DNA of 64,000 bases from NCBI GenBank assembly GCA_965206645.1, contig CBDBKE010000004.1:480001-544000 (forward strand), given 5' to 3'. The notes below the pieces were generated by a model. That model was not told the origin of the DNA. It searched no databases and saw only the letters and a list, made by a program, of their open reading frames with translations. This document shows, one piece after another, positions 1-10,080 of the stretch; positions within the stretch are counted from its first letter, which is position 1, and every line of letters begins with the position of its first letter. The stretch is from Terriglobia bacterium. GTDB lineage: Bacteria > Acidobacteriota > Terriglobia > JAJPHL01 > JAPKYU01. The position numbers and the translations under genes are program-made.

Positions 1-117
1 ACGAGGACGCTCTTTTCTCATTTGGGATGCAGTCACGATCGCCGCCTGACTCGAACTGAGATCACGATCCCGAGTACCGGCTCGCTCGACGAACGCTAAC
101 TTGACAGTACCAACCCA

Positions 118-379
118 ATGGGTGAGAGCGGAAAACAGGGATTTCAGCTGTCGTTCAACCGATTTCTGCGAGTCGGGTTTCAGGGATCACGGGTGACTTC
201 CAATGGTGGACTGATTCTGGTCCGGGAGTTGGATGAGCGTCTGGGATGCAGCGAACTCATTGACGAGCACCTGACCGATTCGCGGGCAAACAATGCTCGG
301 TTTTCTTTCGCGGACTTGCTGCGGCAGTCGGTATACAGTCGCCTAGCTGGATACGAGGATGTCAATGATGCCGAGCGGC
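118..379 (+). pseudogene. IS1380-family transposase N-terminal fragment, interrupted by an IS5-family end
   Basis: MGESGKQGFQLSFNRFLRV..TSNGGLILVRELDERLG..QSVYSRLAGYEDVNDAE is paralogous to the IS1380 transposase at 2489. Similarity stops at GGCGTTGTTGC (380). Confidence 0.8.
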
Positions 380-825
380 GGCGTTGTTGCGTAATTCGCG
401 CTCGCGGCGAACCGGGCCGAGAAGCTCATCCGTCTCAGTACACGCGCTCCGATCGTGGCATTCCAAGCTCCGCCATCCGGTTCAGCACAGCGCACTTGAT
501 CGCGGCTTCGACTTTTTGGTTCTTGACCGTGCGGGCCGAGAGGCTTACCCCGAGTATCGCCTTGTACCGTGAGACCGCATTCTCCGCCACGCTCTGGCGA
601 GTGCAGCCACTCGACTTCCGCCACACATAACGGCCCTGCGTCCTAATACGCCGGAGATGGGTATCACGCATCGCACGCCACGGAGGCGGATGAGAGTCTC
701 GGCTGCATCGTGCATTGCGTCGCGGCAAGATCGTCACGATAGCGTCGTGCTGGAGCACGGCCTCGTAGCAGGAACCCGTGTCGTAGGCCCGGTCTGCGGA
801 GACTTGCCCGATCGAACCAGGAGTC
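380..825 (-). mobile_element. IS5-family (IS903-group) right end and transposase C-terminal fragment
   Basis: VSADRAYD..AIVTILPRRNA..WRKSSG.TRQSVAENAVSRYKAILG.SLSARTVKNQKVEAAIKCAVLNRMAELGMP (stop at 435). Terminal GGCGTTGTTGCGTAATT resembles the IS903 IR. Confidence 0.75.
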
Positions 826-1196
826 TTAGAGCGGATGTCCGCCTTGCCGTCTACGAACCTGAACCTGACGCTGCCGCTGAGCCGGTCAGGAAACCAGATT
901 CCGGTGGGCAAGGTGGTGATCACGTCACCCACGTTGTACCGTGTTTCGGCTGTATCGTCTCCGCCGGTGGGAATATCAATCAACCGCCAGTCGTATTCTA
1001 CGCTCGATCCGTCGTCGCACGTGGAGGTTGCGGTGCCCGAGTTCGTCGAATCAAACGTAAGGCTGGCCGTACAGCGATCGCCGTCATCGTAGTTAAACGA
1101 GAAGCGCATTGTCTTCGGAACCCTCGACAACGATCCGATCGCCGTCTTCCGGGACAAGCTGTGGCCCGGAAAAGAAGTCGCGGTCAGCTTCATCAT
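826..1196 (-). pseudogene. Fragment of a probable secreted/surface protein, fused in frame to the IS5 remnant
   Basis: T/S/D/G-rich beta-type sequence (DDGDRCTASLTFDSTNSGTATSTCDDG) unrelated to transposase; no convincing start. Confidence 0.35.
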
Positions 1197-1216
1197 GGAC
1201 CATGTGAAAGACTAGG

Positions 1217-1624
1217 TCACGCAGACCTCACGATTCTTTCCACCTTCGATATCACTCGGTCGAGATCCTTCTTTATTTCGTGCTCCCAAAGTCGAATGAC
1301 TGTCCAATCGGCACCACGTAAGCGCCGAAAGTTCCGTTGATCTCGTCTCCTGTTTGCGCGCAACTTCGATCTCCAAAACTCGGACAATTTATGTTCCCAC
1401 GCTGGCAATCGCCATCCGTGCCAAAAATCACCGTCAATGAAGATCGCAACCATATTCTTCCGAAACACTATATCGGGAGTCCCTTCTACTTTTTTATAAT
1501 TTGTCTGAAAACGCAGACCGATCTTCCGAAGCTCCTGCTGAATCAATAGCTCCAAGGGGCCATCTCTAAGCTTCACGCATTTCATTGCGTGTGAGCGCTG
1601 AGCAGGTGTCATATGATCAGGCAT
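1217..1624 (-). CDS. vsr: Very short patch repair endonuclease
   Basis: MPDHMTPAQRSHAM..GTPDIVF..AIFIDGDFWHG..FWRSKLRANRRRD..WTVIRLWEHE. CAGGAG RBS precedes the ATG at 1624. Confidence 0.9.
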   Translation of the reverse strand: MPDHMTPAQRSHAMKCVKLRDGPLELLIQQELRKIGLRFQTNYKKVEGTPDIVFRKNMVAIFIDGDFWHGWRLPAWEHKLSEFWRSKLRANRRRDQRNFRRLRGADWTVIRLWEHEIKKDLDRVISKVERIVRSA

Positions 1625-1655
1625 GATGGACGACTCCTGAAATGCCACTCTGTAA

Positions 1656-2382
1656 TCATTTTGACTTCGACAAGATCGTCTTGACTCTTCCCTTGATGTT
1701 TTCCCGAACGGTCGAGAGCTTCTTTTTCGCCGCAATCGTCAAAAGAGCGGTGTGTGCCACTGCGTCTCTGATAGGCTTGTATTCTTTCGCGTCTCTTGCC
1801 AAACAAGCTTCTGTCGCAGCGTCTCTCTTATCGATCAGATTGGCGAGGCCGTCCATGGACAAATAACTTAGATTATTGGGTTCCCTACGAATGTCTATGC
1901 TGATGTTGCCTCTGTCCTTGCTGATGTTTTCCCTGTCTTTCCATTGTTTCGCGTCGGTTTTCGCCTTCTTGGACAATGGGAGTTTTCTGTCATTGATAAA
2001 TGTCCTTACCAAGTTCTCTGAGATGAAACAGTCGGCATAAGATTCGAAGTTGAACGTAGCATCGCTAGACAACCCAGCAACCCAACCACCAACCGTACCC
2101 CTATTCACCGAGCCTCTAGCAAGACCGTATTCCTTGGACACAGCCCCATACAAACCAAGCGACGCCCTTTGCTTTTTTGTCAGCCTTGGATTGTGAGGAT
2201 CACCCTCCTCCCGATGTTTTATTCGCCACTTGTCCCAATCCTCAACGACTTTCAGAATGGTCTTCCGAAATGCTACTAAGAACTTCGTATACTTAGGATC
2301 GGCGGCGACGATGCCCTCGCGACTACTCGTAAACCGATCGGTCGCATCATCCAGGGCATCGAAATGAACCTGGCCATATAGA
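1656..2382 (-). pseudogene. C-terminal part of a probable GHKL/MORC-like ATP-binding protein (RM-associated), 5' end removed by IS1380
   Basis: LYGQVHFDALDD..DRFTSSREGI motif, lower GC, directly upstream of vsr. The plausible protein sequence breaks at CCCGGATTTCC (2383). Confidence 0.5.
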
Positions 2383-3500
2383 CCCGGATTTCCTTTATGA
2401 ACTATCGGCGGCAACCTTCTGAATGACTCCAACGTCAGTATTGATGCGGGTTCCAGCATCAATACTGCCTTCCGGAGGTGTACACCGAATGGGTGAGAGC
2501 CAAAAACAGGCGTTTCAACTGTCATTCAACCGGTTTCTGCGGGTCACATTTCAGGGATCGCGAATCACTTCCGACGGCGGTCTGATTGTGGTGCGCGAGT
2601 TGGACGAACGTTTGAGGTTCGGCGAACTTATCGAACAGCACTTGATCGACTCTCGGGGGAAGAACACCCGGTTGCCCCTCGCTGACTTGCTGCGGCAGTC
2701 CATCTACAGCCGCTTGGCAGGATACGAAGACGTCAACGACGCCGAGCGGCTTTCCCAAGATCCGACGTTCCGGCTGATCGGTTCGGAGAAGATCTGGGAA
2801 CGTGGCGCAGCCCTGACTTCCCGGTTACAGTCGTTCGAGACAGAACTGCTGACGCAAGACGAGAACCTTGCTGGTTTGGCAGCGATCAACCGGGATTTGA
2901 TCGCCAGGGCGGAAGCTATGGATGCGCCGCGCCGGGTGGTGCTGGACATGGACAGCACCGAGATCCCGGTCTACGGCGAACAGGAGCAGAGCGCCTACAA
3001 CGGGCATTTCGAGTCGAGTTGCTATCACCCGTTGTTGCTGTTCAGTCGCGAGGGTGACTGTCTGGCGGCCAAGCTGCGACCCGGCAACGTGCACAGCGCC
3101 GAGGATTGGGAAGAACTTCTCCTGCCAGAGATCGAACGGCAGCAGAAGCTGGGCAAGGAAGTGGTGTTTCGCGCCGACGCCGCCTTCGCCAAGCCGGAGA
3201 TCTACGACGCACTGGAGGAGCGGGACGTGAAGTATGCGATTCGCATCCCGACCAACGACAGTCTGGAGAGGGACATCGCGGAGTTGTTGACGCGGTCAGT
3301 GGGGCGACCGAGCCACAAGCCGGTGGTCTGGTACAAGAGCTTTCTCTACCAGGCAGCCAGTTGGAAAAAGGCGCGGCGGGTGGTGGCGAAGGTGGAGTTC
3401 CACTTTGGCGAACTGTTCCCTCGCGTGGGGTTCATCGTCACCAATCTGGAGACCGACAGCCGGGCGGTGGTCCGGTTCTACAACAAGCGGGGCACCGCAG
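2383..3500 (+). mobile_element. IS1380-family element (transposase from 2489), 3'-truncated by IS3
   Basis: TSDGG, LDMDST, YNGH, LRPGNVHSA, FRADAAF and YNKRGTA motifs (DDE_Tnp_1_4-like). The ORF runs into the IS3 end at 3501. The left boundary is inferred. Confidence 0.85.
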
Positions 3501-4750
3501 TGACCAGACCGATTTTTTGTACCAACCGTAGTGAGAGTTTACATCGCAGCCTGGGGCTGTGAAACTGGTTTCAGTGGCAGGGGAGGGCTATAGGCCCCCG
3601 GCGCCGGGGGCCTATAGCCGAGCGCCGAGTGCGGCCGCACCGTGTTGTATTGCACCCTCCACTGTTCAATCACCACCTGTGCCTCCTTCAACGAGTAGAA
3701 GATCTCTCCATTCAGGCATTCGTCCCGCAGCTTCCCATTGAAACTCTCGCAGTACCCGTTCTCCCAGGGACTGCCCGGTTCGATGTACAGTGTCCCGGTC
3801 CCTAGATTTGCCAACCACTGGCGCAGTTGTTTGGCGATGAACTCGGGACCATTGTCGGATCGAATCTGTTCCGGTATCCCTCGCCACAACATCACGTCCG
3901 ACAACGCCTCAATGATTTGTTGGCTGCCCATCCTCCGCTCCACCCGGATCGCCAGGCATTCCCGCGTGTACTCATCCAGCAAGGTCAGCAGCCGCAGCGT
4001 TCTCCCCTCGTGCGTTCTGGCACTCATGAAGTCGTAGCTCCACACGTGGTTCGGTCGCTCCGGCCTCAGTCGTACACAGGAACCGTCGTTCAGCCACAGC
4101 CGTCCTCGCGGCCTTTGTTTTTGCGGCACTTTCAGCCCTTCCCGCCGCCAAATCCGCTGCACCCGGTCCTTGCCCACTTCCCAGCCCGCACTCCGCAGCA
4201 ACGCTGTGATCCTCCGGTAGCCATATCGCCCGTACTTCGCTCCCAGGGCAATGATCGCTCGGGTCAGAGCATCCTCGTCCACCCGATGAATCGGCTCGTA
4301 TCGTTGTGTCCCTCGCCATTGCCCCAGCAGCCGGCAGGCATGCCGTTCCGACAACCCGTGTTGCTCCCACGCACGCTCCACCGCACAACGCCGCCGCTCA
4401 GGGCTCAGAAGTTTCCCTGTGCCACATCCCGCAGCACCTGCTTCTCCAGAGAAAGCTCCGCTACCAACCGCTTCAGCCGCGTGTTTTCCTTCTCCAACTC
4501 CTTTAGCCGTTTTGCCTGCACCACCTTCAGCCCGCCGTATTCCTTCCGCCACCGGTAGTAGGTTTGGGTGTGGATTCCAGCTTCTTTGCAGGCTTGGGGC
4601 GCAGTCTTCCCGTTCCCCATCTGCACTTCTATCTGCCGTAGCACCGCTACAATCTGCTCCGGCTTGTAACTCCTTGTCGGCATGACCTCACTTCCTCCTC
4701 AAGTGGATTCTCTCTCTTTCCACTTGGTACAAAAAGTGCCGGTCAGGTCA
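3501..4750 (-). mobile_element. IS3-family element copy 1 (1250 bp); orfA 4405-4683, orfB ending 3539
   Basis: IRs TGACCTGACCGGCACTTTTTGTACCAA and TGACCAGACCGATTTTTTGTACCAA. HTH orfA; orfB with WSYDF, SDNGPEF and ENGYCESFNG; GGGAAAC -1 frameshift motif at the orfA end. Confidence 0.95.
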
Positions 4751-4942
4751 CAACAGATGACCAATTACCTCATGGACCGTGCGGTCGAGCACGAGCGCGA
4801 AGCGCCGGTCAAGGAGAAGACGGCGGCGGAGTTGAGCCACCAATATTCTCATGCTCGCGGGCCTCAGATCAGCCAGACGCCGAAGCAATCCACGGAACAA
4901 CACGCGCAGAAGCTCCAACGCGAGGCTGGGTTGAGCCGGTAA
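4751..4942 (+). pseudogene. ardC: C-terminal remnant of ArdC
   Basis: YLMDRAVEHEREAPVKEKTAAELSHQYSHARGPQ..REAGLSR is identical to the tail of the intact ArdC at 35335-36420. Confidence 0.85.
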
Positions 4943-4951
4943 GGAGCCGTC

Positions 4952-5848
4952 GTGTTCGATCCGCGAGACCTAGCTACCGATCCCCGCAGGACCGTAACGC
5001 GCCCCAGGCGCGACCACACCAAAGAACGAGAGCAAAGACAGCGCGACGGCCACCGGCGCGAATACGATCCCCGCACCGAGCGCCGGAACTTCCAGGAGCG
5101 GGCGGATCGGGCGGTGGCCGACCTGGGGATGTATCGGAGTGTCGCCTACCGCGATCTGGCCGATGCTCACTTCGATGGACACCCTTACGCGGCGCGTCGG
5201 GCCGTGGATCGCATGATTCGGGCCGGGCACGTCCGGGAGCACACTGCCGAGGGGCCGCAAGGCGGCGCCTACAAGGTGCTCACGCTCACCGAGCGCGGAG
5301 TAGAGCGGGCCGGGCGCGTAGCCCGCGAACAAGGGCTGGACCCGGCGCAGAAGGCATGGAGCGGCCTCGTGAAGCCCGGAGAGCTTCAACATGACGTGGC
5401 CGTGTTTCGAGCCGCAAGGATTGAGCAAGTGCGGTTGCTCGAACAAGGAGCCGTCCTCAAGCGGGTCCGCATTGACGCCGAACTCAAGCGCGAGGTCGCC
5501 CGCGCCACGGAAAGCGCGAGAGCGCGAGGCGGTAAGGAGGCGGCGGACGCCGCACGGTTCCAGGCGGCGGAAGAGTTGAGCCTCCCCGTCAAGGATGGAC
5601 GGGTGGAGTACCCGGACGCGCAGCTGGAGTACGACATCGAGGGCCGCAGCGGGCGCGTGAACGTCGAGATTGCGACCGAGCACTACAGCGCCAAGAGTAT
5701 CGGCGCAAAAGCCGCCGCTGGATTCGCCGTGCATGGAAGCAATGGGCGGGCGGCGGCACGAGTAGCGCGGGCGCTCGGCCAGGACCACAGCACCGGAGGC
5801 GGAGGAGGAAGCGGAGGCAGACGAGACAAGGGCTCCATCGAACTCTGA
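4952..5848 (+). CDS. wHTH + PD-(D/E)XK protein, Replic_Relax/MOBC-like relaxase candidate
   Basis: wHTH-like AVDRMIRAGHV..VLTLTERG, then LQHDVAV, YPDAQLEY and VNVEIATEHY; immediately upstream of the virB operon. Confidence 0.5.
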   Translation: MFDPRDLATDPRRTVTRPRRDHTKEREQRQRDGHRREYDPRTERRNFQERADRAVADLGMYRSVAYRDLADAHFDGHPYAARRAVDRMIRAGHVREHTAEGPQGGAYKVLTLTERGVERAGRVAREQGLDPAQKAWSGLVKPGELQHDVAVFRAARIEQVRLLEQGAVLKRVRIDAELKREVARATESARARGGKEAADAARFQAAEELSLPVKDGRVEYPDAQLEYDIEGRSGRVNVEIATEHYSAKSIGAKAAAGFAVHGSNGRAAARVARALGQDHSTGGGGGSGGRRDKGSIEL

Positions 5849-5858
5849 GGGAGAAGCG

Positions 5859-6182
5859 ATGCAACCGTGGAAAATCAGTGTCGGACTGACGGCCATCATC
5901 CTGGCCGTGGCCTTGATGGTGGCCGGCGAGAGCTTCGCTTATCTCAAGCCGTACTTAGGAATCATCGCAACCAACTACTGGCTACCCGTCGCGTGGTATG
6001 GCGGGCTGGCCGTGGTGACGCTGATGGTCACGCTCTACTCCGCCGCCCGCGCCTTGGGGCTGGCCGACATGGGCCGCAAGGTCGATCTGATGGAGCGGTC
6101 CATTCGGCGCGGGGAAGGCGGGCAAACCGAGCTTGCCGAGAAACTGGAACAAGAGGACCGGGGGCAGTTTCCCGGAGCCTGA
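5859..6182 (+). CDS. Small membrane protein of the T4SS operon
   Basis: Two hydrophobic segments; GGGAG RBS; conserved in ICE copy 2. Confidence 0.7.
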   Translation: MQPWKISVGLTAIILAVALMVAGESFAYLKPYLGIIATNYWLPVAWYGGLAVVTLMVTLYSAARALGLADMGRKVDLMERSIRRGEGGQTELAEKLEQEDRGQFPGA

Positions 6183-6214
6183 TGCACAGCGACCCAACAG
6201 ACACGGAGGGAAGC

Positions 6215-6508
6215 ATGAAGGACAACAACTCAATCACCTGGAAGCGAGGAGCGCTGCTGGCGAGCATCCTTGCACTATCGGCGGGAGAACTCATGGCGCA
6301 GGGAACGAGCCCCTGGCTGCAAGCCATAGACGTGCTGCAGGCGGCGTTCACCGGACCCATTGCGCGAGGACTGAGCTTGATTGCCATCGTGGTGGGCGGG
6401 CTCATGTTCGCCTTTGGTGAAGGCGGCAGCAAAAAGGCCCTGGCCGGGATCGTCTTCGGTCTTGGCATGGCCATGGGCGCGGCCAACTTTCTGGCGTGGC
6501 TCTTCTGA
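6215..6508 (+). CDS. virB2: VirB2/TrbC pilin
   Basis: Signal peptide, then SPWLQAIDVLQAAFTGPIARGLSLIAIVVGGLMFAFGEGG; GGAGG RBS. Confidence 0.88.
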   Translation: MKDNNSITWKRGALLASILALSAGELMAQGTSPWLQAIDVLQAAFTGPIARGLSLIAIVVGGLMFAFGEGGSKKALAGIVFGLGMAMGAANFLAWLF

Positions 6509-6804
6509 TGGAGCGCGGCAAGACATGGCGCGGCTACCCGGCGCTTTCCAAACCCCTAACGATCATGGGCGTGGAACGGCGCTGGTTCCTTCTGAGCGCC
6601 ACGTTGGGCCTTGCCATGTGGAACGCCATCAACTCCATTGTGACCGGGGGAGTCATTTTCGCGGTGCTCTACGGCGTGGGATTTTGGGCCTGGAAACAAG
6701 ACCCCAACATGCTTGAAATCCTGCGAGCGTCGGCCAAGTTCCGCGTCCGCTACGATCCCGGCAAGTGGGCGGCTTCTCCCTGGACGATCCTGATTCGGAG
6801 ATAG
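6508..6804 (+). CDS. virB3: VirB3/TrbD
   Basis: ALSKPLTIMGVER, two TM segments, KQDP; TGATG overlap with virB2. Confidence 0.85.
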   Translation: MERGKTWRGYPALSKPLTIMGVERRWFLLSATLGLAMWNAINSIVTGGVIFAVLYGVGFWAWKQDPNMLEILRASAKFRVRYDPGKWAASPWTILIRR

Positions 6805-6807
6805 CGC

Positions 6808-9231
6808 GTGAATGTGGACAACGAACTCCTGGACTACGAAGCGGCGGGATCGCTGGCCGAGGAACTGCCCTGGTGGGGCTGGCTGGGAGATGGGCAAACG
6901 TGTCTGACGCGGGCGGGAGAACTTCTGAGCATCGGGCGGGTGACACCCAGCGTCCTGGACGGCCAGACGCCCGAACAACTGGATCGAGTGATCGACCGCT
7001 GGCAGCGGATGTTGTCGGGGCTCGATTCCAGGACGCGGCTTTACTTCTATCTATTGCGCCGCCCGATCCGCTTTGCGGACGATACCGATGGCGCGACATC
7101 GAGCGTGGCCGCGCTCGGACGGCGCAAGCGGCGGGCGTTCCTCGCGGATCGAGTGCAGGACGTGAGCGCCTACGTTGCATGGGTTCACGATCCGCACCTG
7201 TCCGCCGTCACCACCGGGAGGACGGGCGGGCCGTGGTGGATGGCCTATGCCAAGAACTGGATGGCCCGGAGGCGGAACCGGCATGAATCCGTTTACCTCC
7301 ATTCCTCTATCGAATCCGCAGCAGCCAGCTTCCGGCAGCTGGTCGAGGCAAGCCGGGCGCTGGTCGATGACCTTACGCCGGTGCGGATGCTCGAAGCGCG
7401 GGAAGCGTCTCTCGTCTTGAATGAACTCACGAACCGGCCCGGAACCTTTTGGGACGGCGCGAGGGGCAGCGGCATGAACTGGCGGCTGGCCGTCTCAGAG
7501 CTCGAAGCGGAGCGGCGCAATCTGCGCCTGGACGGTGAACCCGTCATTCTCTACTCGCTGCTTTCGCCACCGGGAGCGGCCCGCGCCAATCTTCTGCAGG
7601 GTCTTTACCGGCTCGATGCAACGATGACGGTGACGCTCGAATGGCGGCCGCAGCGCCTCGATGCCGCCCGGCGCAAAATCCGTGGAGCGCAGCGGCATTA
7701 CTTCTCGAAGCGCTACTCGATGTCCGCGCACGTTCAGGAAACCGAGGGAACGGCGTCGGCGATGGTGGACACGGCGGCGGCGGCGGAATCCGACCGGCTG
7801 GGCGATGCCCTGGTCGAGTTGGAGACGGACGGGATCGCCTACGGCGACCTGGCCTTGACCGTGGCGATCCACGGCCCGCTATCCGAGACCGAGAGCCTGG
7901 ACGGGGATATTCGACGCATCTTTAACAGCCACGACGCCAAGGTGATCCGGGAAGGTTACGGGCAGCTTCCGGCCTGGTTCTCGCGGATGCCCGCGCAACC
8001 GCGACGGCGGCAGGTTCGATCCGTGTTTGTATCGGCGGGCGCGGTTGCTTCGATGGCCCCGATCTTCGGGCCGCCGGTGGGGACACCCCGGAGCGGCCAC
8101 TTGCGGAAGCCGGCGCTGGCGATCCTTGAGACCCAATGGCGGACTCCCTACCACTACGATCTGTTTCAGGGCGACGTGGGACACACGCTGGTTCTCGGCG
8201 CGACCGGCGCGGGTAAAAGTTTCTTGCTCAATTTCCTGCTGGTTCAGGCGCTCCAATACGATCCGCGTGTTCTCATTCTCGATCTCGGCGGCTCCTATCG
8301 CTGGCTGACGCAGTTTCTAGGGGGCGGCTATATGGAGCTATCCCCCGACGGGAGCGGGAGCGCCGGTTTTCGGTTGCGCCCCTTCTCGCTCCCGGTCGGG
8401 GAGCGGAGCTTCCAATTCCTCACCGGCTGGATATCGCGCTTGTTGAGGATCGGCGGGTGGAAACTCAGTGGCGAAGACCCCAGCGAGATTCGCGCCCGCG
8501 TCGAAGACCTCTACGCCTTTGCACCCCAGCGGCGGACCCTTGGGGTGCTGGTCCGTTCTCTTCCCGCAAAGATGTGGCCCGCTTTGGGCCGCTGGCACGG
8601 AGCCGGCGCGTGGGCCAGGTACTTTGACAACCCGGCGGACGGAGACGATCTCAACTTTCAAGACTGGCAGGTGATCGACATGGCGGGCGCGGCGGAGCAC
8701 GAAGACTTGTGCGAAGCGGCGCTGTTCTACCTTCTCGAACGGTTGCGGCTGGCTTTGGAGAACCCGGATGAGACCGCAAGGGTAAAACTCATGGTGGTCG
8801 ATGAAGCCTGGCGCTACCTGAAAGACCCGGCGGTGCTTTCCTATCTGGCCGAGGCCGCGAAGACCTGGCGCAAGAAGAACGCGGCGCTCGTCGTCGCCAC
8901 GCAGAGCGCCGTGGACGTAACCGGAACCGCAGGGGCGGAAGCGTTGCTCGAATCCATGCCGACCAAGCTATTCCTTGCCAATCCCGACTTGCCGGAGAAA
9001 GCCGCAGACACCTTCCGGCTCAACCCTTCGGAAATGAACACCATTCGCGGCTTGATCCCCAAACGGGAGCTTTATCTACGGCGCACCGACGCGGCGGGCA
9101 TCTTGCGGCTCGAAGTCGATCCAGCCAGCTATTGGCTCTATACCTCGTCGCCGGTCGATGCTCAGAAGCGGGCGGAAGCAGTCAAACAGTATGGCCTCAC
9201 CGAGGCCATTGAACATCTGTCCAGGAGGTAG
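6808..9231 (+). CDS. virB4: VirB4 ATPase
   Basis: GHTLVLGATGAGKS, ILDLGGSY, VVDEAWRYL, RKKNAALVVATQS. Confidence 0.92.
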   Translation: MNVDNELLDYEAAGSLAEELPWWGWLGDGQTCLTRAGELLSIGRVTPSVLDGQTPEQLDRVIDRWQRMLSGLDSRTRLYFYLLRRPIRFADDTDGATSSVAALGRRKRRAFLADRVQDVSAYVAWVHDPHLSAVTTGRTGGPWWMAYAKNWMARRRNRHESVYLHSSIESAAASFRQLVEASRALVDDLTPVRMLEAREASLVLNELTNRPGTFWDGARGSGMNWRLAVSELEAERRNLRLDGEPVILYSLLSPPGAARANLLQGLYRLDATMTVTLEWRPQRLDAARRKIRGAQRHYFSKRYSMSAHVQETEGTASAMVDTAAAAESDRLGDALVELETDGIAYGDLALTVAIHGPLSETESLDGDIRRIFNSHDAKVIREGYGQLPAWFSRMPAQPRRRQVRSVFVSAGAVASMAPIFGPPVGTPRSGHLRKPALAILETQWRTPYHYDLFQGDVGHTLVLGATGAGKSFLLNFLLVQALQYDPRVLILDLGGSYRWLTQFLGGGYMELSPDGSGSAGFRLRPFSLPVGERSFQFLTGWISRLLRIGGWKLSGEDPSEIRARVEDLYAFAPQRRTLGVLVRSLPAKMWPALGRWHGAGAWARYFDNPADGDDLNFQDWQVIDMAGAAEHEDLCEAALFYLLERLRLALENPDETARVKLMVVDEAWRYLKDPAVLSYLAEAAKTWRKKNAALVVATQSAVDVTGTAGAEALLESMPTKLFLANPDLPEKAADTFRLNPSEMNTIRGLIPKRELYLRRTDAAGILRLEVDPASYWLYTSSPVDAQKRAEAVKQYGLTEAIEHLSRR

Positions 9232-9237
9232 CTGATT

Positions 9238-10080
9238 ATGTTGAAGATCATTCCACTCGTGATGGCGGCGCTGCTTGCCCTGTCGTTGCCGCTGATCGCT
9301 CAGGACGGCGGGCAGGTCCTGCGCGTCATCGAGGCCCAGGATCAAATCATCCAGATTCGGGCCAAGACCCGGCACACCACCGTCATCGTGCTTCCCGCGA
9401 CGGAAAACGTGCTGGATTTTGTCGTGGGGGATTCCGAGTACTGGCACCTGACCGGGGCCGCTAATCTGGCCTTCCTCAAACCCATCGCCGAGGGCGTGAC
9501 TACCAACGTCGCGCTGGTTTGCGCCTCCGGTCGCATCTACTCGTTCCTCGTCACCGAGCGGAGCGCGGGAGATCCGCACCTGGTGGTTCGCATCGAGGCG
9601 CAGGGAGAAGCCGACCCGCGCATTTCACCGACCGGGCACGAACCGGCCTTTGTCGCTCGCTCCCAGGTCGCGGCCTATCAGCAGATGGCGGAAACGGCCA
9701 TCGAGACGGCCAAGGCCGCGCAGGTAGACGCGGATAACCGGATCGCGGAGGCGGCGGCGGAGGAGGCACAGAAAACCGAGGCGTTCCGGGCGGAGTATCC
9801 CACGCGCCTCAAGTTCCCTTACCGATTGGAGGACAAGGCGAAGAAATGGCCGTTTCTGGTCGAAGGGATGTGGCATGACGGGCGGTTTACCTACCTTCGC
9901 GCCAACCCCCAGGAGTCGCCCGCGCTGTACGAAGAGAAGGACGGGAAACCGGCGCTGGTGGCCTACGATCTGGGCGAGGACGGGCTGTATATCGCCCGTC
10001 ACGTTTTAGGTGACGGCTGGTTGCAGATCGGCAAACAAAAAGTCCGATGGCGCTTCACGGCGCCGGAGATCGGACCGTGA
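9238..10080 (+). CDS. virB9: VirB9/TrbG
   Basis: Signal peptide; TTVIVLP..VVGDSEYW..FLKP..TNV; WHDGRFTYL. Confidence 0.85.
   Translation: MLKIIPLVMAALLALSLPLIAQDGGQVLRVIEAQDQIIQIRAKTRHTTVIVLPATENVLDFVVGDSEYWHLTGAANLAFLKPIAEGVTTNVALVCASGRIYSFLVTERSAGDPHLVVRIEAQGEADPRISPTGHEPAFVARSQVAAYQQMAETAIETAKAAQVDADNRIAEAAAEEAQKTEAFRAEYPTRLKFPYRLEDKAKKWPFLVEGMWHDGRFTYLRANPQESPALYEEKDGKPALVAYDLGEDGLYIARHVLGDGWLQIGKQKVRWRFTAPEIGP

Noticed and set aside
435-1196. 253-aa ORF as a genuine fusion gene
   Set aside because: Chance in-frame join of a surface-protein fragment and an IS5 transposase tail.
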